Origin: a virus
Direction: 5' to 3' (one strand)
UHGV virus genome: UHGV-0129806
DNA length: 40,473 nucleotides
Shown one piece after another: positions 35,427 through 40,473 of the stretch; position 1 is the first letter of the stretch; every line of letters starts with the position of its first letter. The translations under genes and the position numbers were made by a program. The notes under the pieces were generated by a model that was not told the DNA's origin, searched no databases, and saw nothing but the letters and a program-made list of their open reading frames with translations.

Positions 35427-37442
35427 ATGTTGATGGCAATGGATTTAAAAAGAGAATATACGGCAGTTTTAGACAATGCTTATAATGTTGGATATGAAAA
35501 AATTGAAAACCAAATAGGCAATCTAGAATTTTCAATGCCGTTAGATGATCCTAAAAATGAATTTTTGCGAGAAATGTTATGGGTTGAACTAACAGATAAT
35601 GAGAATGAATATATAGGGTTATACCGTGTTATGCCTTCAACGGTTCGCAAAGATGCTAGTAACAATTCAATCACGTATACGGCAAATGAAGCCCTGTGTA
35701 CTTTACTAGACACAGTTCTTTTTGGTTACCATGAACTAGTAAATCGAAAAACGATTGATGTTATTAACTATCTTTTGAATAAACAAAGGACAAAGCACTG
35801 GGTTTTAAAAAAATGTGAATTCACTCGATATTTTAGTTATGCATGGGAAAATGAAAATGGTCTCGCTGATGCTTTGTTTAGTATTCCTCAAGCATTTGAT
35901 GAAGACTACATGTGGCAGTGGAATACCAAAGTTTATCCATTTGAATTATCTTTAGTGAAGCCACCAAAAGAACCTATTGCTCGTATTCAAGAAGGATATA
36001 ACATGCAAGGTTTTGAGATTGAAAGAGATCCAAATAATTTAGTTAATCGAGTTTATCCTTTGGGTGCTGGTGAAGGCGTTAACCAGATAAATATAAAATC
36101 AGTGAATAAAAATATTCCTTATGTAGAAGATGCAAAGTCTATAAAAGAACATGGTTTAGTTGAATATGTATGGGTGGACCAACGATTCACAGTTCCGCAA
36201 GCTTTAAAAGACAATGCAATCAACATGTTAAAAAAATGGGCACAGCCTAAAATTTCTTGGGATGTGACTGCGGCTGATTTATTGAAATTAACAGATGAAC
36301 CTTTAAGCATTGATAAGTTAAGACAAGGAACTGTAATTATGATTAACACAGATGATTTTGGAAGTATAAATTTGCGTATTAAAAAAGAGACAAAACAGGA
36401 TGTATTCGGCGCCCCACAAGATATTCAGCTAGAACTTGGTAATTTATCTGACGATTTTACTACGACAATGTCTGATTTGAAACGTAAACAGGAAATAAAT
36501 GAGACATACTCGCAAGGTGCAACGAATATTTTGAACTATAGTTATCAGGATAACTGCGAAAAGGCATATCCAGCAGAAATTGAATTCTTCTTAGATGATG
36601 ATGTTTTTCATGTAAATACTGTAGAACTTACTTTCAAAATAAAGAGATATCGTGGCTATACAAAAGCCGTAAAAGGAGGCGGAGCTACGGTTAAAAGTAC
36701 TTCAGCTGGAGGAGCTTCAACGCAAACGAGCTCGGCTGGTGGTGGAAGTGTCGTTTCAAGTTCAGCCGGCGGAGGAGGTTCTACAACTTCTGGATCAGGA
36801 GGAGGATCTTATCAAGGGGGATCTACAAACACTGATGGAGGAAGTGCACAGACAAGTAGTGCTAATGGCAGTCATGATCATTTAATGTTTAATGTAATTC
36901 AAGGGCCACCTCAAACTCTTCCTAAAATAACATTAAGAGCCGGTGGCGGTGGAGAAATATATACGGAAGCACGAGGCGGAACGTTCAGAACCGCAAGTGC
37001 TGCAGATAATCATACGCATACAGTTAATGTACCTAGTCACTCACATAGATTCAATATTGATATACCCGCACATACTCATTCCGTTAGCATACCAAACCAT
37101 ACACACAGTATATCGGTTCCTAGCCATAGTCACCAAGTAAGAATACCGGCGCATACACACCAAATTACTCTACCTGATCATAGTCATCCATTGGAATGGG
37201 GGATTTATGAGGCGCCAAGTAGCGCAACTAGTGTAGATATAGTTGTAGATGGTACTACCATTCCAATTCATGATACTAGCCAGCAAAGACTGAACATTGT
37301 TAATTACCTTAGAAAAACTAGTGGAGGTAAGATCTCTAGAGGTAATCATACAATCAAGATAATACCTAACAAACTTGCACGAATCGAAGCGCAGGTTATT
37401 TGTCGTGTCTTTATACAATCACAATTAGGAGGACAATTTTAA
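35427..37442 (+). CDS. Tail-associated lysin / tail tip protein (Tal) with Gly/Ser-rich segment and C-terminal HxH repeat array
   Basis: Position after Dit. Gly/Ser/Thr-rich low-complexity stretch (~36670-36870). Six or seven tandem 9-10-residue repeats of HTH/HSH spaced by ...IP.. (DNA ~37011-37190). Confidence 0.7.
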   Translation: MLMAMDLKREYTAVLDNAYNVGYEKIENQIGNLEFSMPLDDPKNEFLREMLWVELTDNENEYIGLYRVMPSTVRKDASNNSITYTANEALCTLLDTVLFGYHELVNRKTIDVINYLLNKQRTKHWVLKKCEFTRYFSYAWENENGLADALFSIPQAFDEDYMWQWNTKVYPFELSLVKPPKEPIARIQEGYNMQGFEIERDPNNLVNRVYPLGAGEGVNQINIKSVNKNIPYVEDAKSIKEHGLVEYVWVDQRFTVPQALKDNAINMLKKWAQPKISWDVTAADLLKLTDEPLSIDKLRQGTVIMINTDDFGSINLRIKKETKQDVFGAPQDIQLELGNLSDDFTTTMSDLKRKQEINETYSQGATNILNYSYQDNCEKAYPAEIEFFLDDDVFHVNTVELTFKIKRYRGYTKAVKGGGATVKSTSAGGASTQTSSAGGGSVVSSSAGGGGSTTSGSGGGSYQGGSTNTDGGSAQTSSANGSHDHLMFNVIQGPPQTLPKITLRAGGGGEIYTEARGGTFRTASAADNHTHTVNVPSHSHRFNIDIPAHTHSVSIPNHTHSISVPSHSHQVRIPAHTHQITLPDHSHPLEWGIYEAPSSATSVDIVVDGTTIPIHDTSQQRLNIVNYLRKTSGGKISRGNHTIKIIPNKLARIEAQVICRVFIQSQLGGQF

Positions 37443-37616
37443 ATGAGATTTACAGTAAAATTAATTAGCAAACAAGAAGAATTTATAGTTAATGATGAAT
37501 CAGGAAAAACATTAGATGATTATTTTACAGAACTGATTGATAATAGTTCACCATTCATCAAGATAGGAAATCGTATTTTACAAAAAGCCACGATTGAATA
37601 CATTAATGCAGAATAG
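37443..37616 (+). CDS. Small 57-aa protein between Tal and the receptor-binding protein
   Basis: Not in the track. ATG immediately after the Tal TAA. Ends just before the SD of the next gene. Confidence 0.4.
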   Translation: MRFTVKLISKQEEFIVNDESGKTLDDYFTELIDNSSPFIKIGNRILQKATIEYINAE

Positions 37617-37627
37617 GAGTGATGGAT

Positions 37628-40012
37628 ATGGCTATTGAACAAATCAAAGAAACAGATACGCTGAATCAAGGTCGAATTAAAATTAATGCGATTTTAGATC
37701 AATCAAACGCTTCAACTGAAAAAGTTGATGCTTATCAAGAAGAATTAAAAAATGGTATTAATGATGCGAAGAAAATAGCTGATACTGCAGGTAAAGAAGC
37801 TATTAGAATTGCAGAAGAAGCAGGGAATCAAGCGAATGAAACGGCGAATCAAGCAATGGCAAATTCACAAACAGCCATTAATACGTCAAACCAAGCTGTT
37901 TCCACTGCAAATAATAATAAACAAGAATTTGATGCATTAAGAAACGATTTTGATAAGTTAGTCGGTGAAGCAGGTGATAGCAATCCAGAAATTGTGCAAG
38001 CAAGAACAGACACTCAAGGAGTCACACGAACAACTTTAGCAGCACGTTTACAATCTGATTTTAATGATCGAATGACTAAAACAGAAGGCGTTTCATTACT
38101 TTCTGGTATAACTAATGTGAAAGTTCCTATGGATTTTAACGGTAAAACAGCTGGAAATACAGCGACAAATGCAAATAAATATTTCACAGATGTGACAGCA
38201 AAATCATTAAAAAGACCAAAAGATACATGGAATGAAGTGTCTCAAACTGACTACAATAAATTAGTTAGTAGAAACGATTCAGGAGTTAGTAGCGGTTCAA
38301 CACAAAATGGTATAATTCCTCAACAGCTAGGGGAATTCAATGCATTAGAGGCTGCTAAGCGCTTAGTTCCTCAATTGTTTAAAGATTTGAATTTAGATGA
38401 ATCTGTTAAATTATTAAAAAATAATTTTGTTTCTTTTACTATTAGTGAGCGAGTAAAGGCTTCTTCCCCCAATAATAAAACAATAAAAGTTTCTACTTAT
38501 ATTGAGTCAACAGATTCTTGGTCCACTCAAATCCAAGAACCTGTTGACGAATATAAAGATTTATCAATTCAAGTTACTGATAATAATTTCATAACAAGTG
38601 ATGGAATTATTTATATCATTAATTACACGGATCCGAGTAATGGAGTTACTACTTCAACGCTTGATGTAGATTATGTATCTATACAATTTGAAATTAGTAT
38701 TGATGCTCAATCTGTTTTAGAGAAAAGTGGATTTATTAAAGAAAAAAGATTAAATGAACATATTGAAGATAATAGTAATCCTCATAAAGTGACGTCTGCG
38801 CAAGTAGGTTTGGGAAATGTTGACAATTATAACACGGCAACACAATCATCCGCAGAAAAAGGCGAATCAAATACTGAATTCATGACACCTTTCACAACGA
38901 AAAAATACTATTTAAATGAGACCAAAACACATCGTCAAAGATGGAAGGAAGGGTTGAATTGGATTGCCCATCGAGGAAACAATACAGAATATCCAGAAAA
39001 CTCCATTCCAGCATTTAAAACGGTTCGACGTCATTGGGGTATCGAAACGGATATTCAGGTCACAAGCGATGGTCAGTGGGTTGTCATGCATGATGAAACA
39101 GTGGACCGCACAACAAATGGCACTGGTAAAGTTTCATCAATGACATTATCGCAATTTAGAAATTTAAGAATTGATGCTGGTGCTAATGTTTCTAAGTTAT
39201 CAGATGAAGAGAGAATACCACCGACACTTGATGACTACTTATCAATTTGCAAACAAATTAATAAGGTACCTATTATAGAAATAAAAAACAACGAGTATAG
39301 TACTGCTAACTATGCGTTATTGAAAGATACATTGAATCTATATGGATTTGATGAATTTAATTGCGTAATAGGTTCTTTCTCTTATGCGGTTTTAAATGTA
39401 ATTAGATCTATGTACCCAAATATGGAGCTTCATTATTTTGTTAATGAGATAAATACGAATGTAATAAATGAATTAAAAAACCTATCAATTCCAGCAGTAT
39501 GTAGTTGCATTTTTAACAATGCTAGTGTCAATTCTACAAATGTTAAAAATCTTCATTCTTTAGGCATGAAGATAGGTACTTGGACAGTTCCAGAAAACAA
39601 GTTTGCAGATATGACTAAATTAGGTATAGACTATATCACTACCAATTCATTATCTGGAAATCAAAAATACGCTAAGTTGAGTTATCAAAACGGATTTGTT
39701 GATAATCAAGGTATTACTGATGCTAGTTATGTTGAAGAATTAGTAGGGGGCGGAATTCATATTAACTTTAATGTTGAAAAGGGTGGTAATACTCAAAACA
39801 CTGTTATAGCAAACCTGCCTGACTGGGCTATTCCTTTGAAAAGCCAATATTCACAATGCGGAATACGTACTTCTAGCGGCGTGGCGTTAGGAACGTTTGA
39901 TATTAGAGGTAGAACAGCACCTACTGGAGTTGTTGCAGGAACTTTGTCTGTGGGGCTAAACTGGAGCGGTCGATCAAGTTGGGCAGCAGGATCAACTGTA
40001 TATGCAGTATAA
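37628..40012 (+). CDS. Receptor-binding / tail fibre protein with a glycerophosphodiester phosphodiesterase (GDPD) domain
   Basis: GDPD signature IAHRGNNTEYPENSIPAFKTV...GIETDIQVTSDGQWVVMHDETVDRTTNGTG in the region ~38950-39700. N-terminal helical/coiled-coil shaft. C-terminal beta-rich domain. Start ATG 37628 is 8 nt after AGGAG (track start GTG 37619). Confidence 0.8.
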   Translation: MAIEQIKETDTLNQGRIKINAILDQSNASTEKVDAYQEELKNGINDAKKIADTAGKEAIRIAEEAGNQANETANQAMANSQTAINTSNQAVSTANNNKQEFDALRNDFDKLVGEAGDSNPEIVQARTDTQGVTRTTLAARLQSDFNDRMTKTEGVSLLSGITNVKVPMDFNGKTAGNTATNANKYFTDVTAKSLKRPKDTWNEVSQTDYNKLVSRNDSGVSSGSTQNGIIPQQLGEFNALEAAKRLVPQLFKDLNLDESVKLLKNNFVSFTISERVKASSPNNKTIKVSTYIESTDSWSTQIQEPVDEYKDLSIQVTDNNFITSDGIIYIINYTDPSNGVTTSTLDVDYVSIQFEISIDAQSVLEKSGFIKEKRLNEHIEDNSNPHKVTSAQVGLGNVDNYNTATQSSAEKGESNTEFMTPFTTKKYYLNETKTHRQRWKEGLNWIAHRGNNTEYPENSIPAFKTVRRHWGIETDIQVTSDGQWVVMHDETVDRTTNGTGKVSSMTLSQFRNLRIDAGANVSKLSDEERIPPTLDDYLSICKQINKVPIIEIKNNEYSTANYALLKDTLNLYGFDEFNCVIGSFSYAVLNVIRSMYPNMELHYFVNEINTNVINELKNLSIPAVCSCIFNNASVNSTNVKNLHSLGMKIGTWTVPENKFADMTKLGIDYITTNSLSGNQKYAKLSYQNGFVDNQGITDASYVEELVGGGIHINFNVEKGGNTQNTVIANLPDWAIPLKSQYSQCGIRTSSGVALGTFDIRGRTAPTGVVAGTLSVGLNWSGRSSWAAGSTVYAV

Positions 40013-40054
40013 GTCCAACTCAATTAAAGTAAAATAAAAATTTAATTTAAATAT

Positions 40055-40092
40055 TCATAAGAGACCGTTTAGCAAAAGCTAGGCGGTTTTTA
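40055..40092 (+). terminator. Putative terminator after the receptor-binding protein gene
   Basis: Imperfect hairpin CCGTTTAGC aaa GCTAGGCGG followed by TTTTTATT. Confidence 0.4.
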
Positions 40093-40103
40093 TTATTGGA
40101 GGA

Positions 40104-40331
40104 ATGAATTTGTCAAATGAAATAGTTGTTGCTGTAATAGGGTTAGTAGGCAGTACATTTGGTGCATTTATTGGAGTTGTAGCTAGTGCCAATTTGACAG
40201 CTTACAGGATTGAACAGCTAGAAAAGAAAGTAGAAAAACATAATGGGGTAATTGAAAGAACCTTTAAATTAGAAGGTCGAATGCAAGAAGCGGAACATGA
40301 CATAATAGAATTGAAAGGAGCAAAAAAATGA
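40104..40331 (+). CDS. XhlA-like / holin-associated small membrane protein (1 TM + coiled coil)
   Basis: N-terminal TM helix (IVVAVIGLVGSTFGAFIGVVASA), then a charged helix. Sits between the tail fibre and holin genes as in Firmicutes phage lysis cassettes. ATGA overlap with the holin. Confidence 0.5.
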   Translation: MNLSNEIVVAVIGLVGSTFGAFIGVVASANLTAYRIEQLEKKVEKHNGVIERTFKLEGRMQEAEHDIIELKGAKK

Positions 40332-40473
40332 TACTACCAGATAAGTATTATAAAATCATCAAGTGGGGAGTGCTAACCGTGCTTCCTGCTAGTTCTGTTT
40401 TAGTAGCAACTTTAGGCAAAGCCTACGGTTGGCAACAAACGGATATGGCTGTTTTAACTATCAATGCCATTGC
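40328..40473 (+). CDS. Holin, 3'-truncated by the window end; continues in frame at 1..58 if the window is circular
   Basis: TM1 IIKWGVLTVLPASSVLVATLG. The ORF runs off the window end. Joined to bases 1-58 it reads ...[27 protein letters not shown] (second TM helix plus charged tail), stopping 4 nt before the endolysin ATG. Confidence 0.55.
   Translation, partial: MILPDKYYKIIKWGVLTVLPASSVLVATLGKAYGWQQTDMAVLTINAI

Noticed and set aside
36670-36870. Gly-rich stretch in Tal as a collagen-like triple-helix repeat
   Set aside because: No regular G-X-Y triplet periodicity; it is a Gly/Ser/Thr low-complexity linker.
1-40473. CRISPR arrays, IS elements or transposase genes
   Set aside because: No regularly spaced direct repeats of 24-40 bp and no transposase-like ORFs seen. 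The only mobile-element-type gene is the phage serine integrase.

Overview
The window reads as a complete, or nearly complete, genome of a temperate tailed phage of a low-GC Gram-positive host (Lactobacillales- or Listeria-like; roughly 36-38 % GC by eye). From 6.4 kb to 40 kb every gene is on the + strand. The order is: cro-like gene and small early genes; a recombination/replication module (SbcC-like ATPase, RecA-like AAA ATPase, DUF669, SF2 helicase, orphan N6/N4 DNA methyltransferase, YopX, about 13 tightly coupled small acidic ORFs, PriCT-2/primase-polymerase/AAA primase); an iteron-rich region; RusA; ArpU; TerS; TerL; portal; minor head protein; scaffold; major capsid; connectors; major tail; Ig-like protein; G/GT chaperone; tape measure; Dit; Tal; a receptor-binding protein with a glycerophosphodiester phosphodiesterase (GDPD) domain; an XhlA-like protein; and a partial holin at the 3' end. 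The left 6.3 kb carries, on the + strand, a signal-peptide GH25-SH3b-LysM endolysin, a promoter/structured-RNA/terminator/unknown-ORF moron and a tRNA(CAU). On the - strand it carries a small ORF, a large serine integrase with an adjacent inverted-repeat attP candidate, three small lysogeny-module genes and an ImmA/ImmR repressor pair. The holin ORF, cut off at the window end, continues without a stop through bases 1-58 and ends just before the endolysin start. The window is therefore most simply a circular(ly permuted) phage genome opened inside the holin gene, and the tRNA and moron are phage cargo between the lysis cassette and attP/int. The most notable unexplained signals are: (i) two paralogous ~65-bp cassettes right after the major capsid and major tail genes that encode the same 19-aa peptide in the -1 frame and fold into stem-loops, suggesting dual -1 frameshift C-terminal tagging; (ii) the promoter + ~150-nt structured RNA + terminator + 177-aa unknown protein moron; (iii) a 15-bp perfect palindromic operator repeated at the PR/PL region and again 270 bp downstream; (iv) an iteron/hairpin ori-like region after the primase gene; (v) nested GC-rich palindromes in front of the orphan methyltransferase; and (vi) an HxH 9-residue repeat array in the Tal protein.
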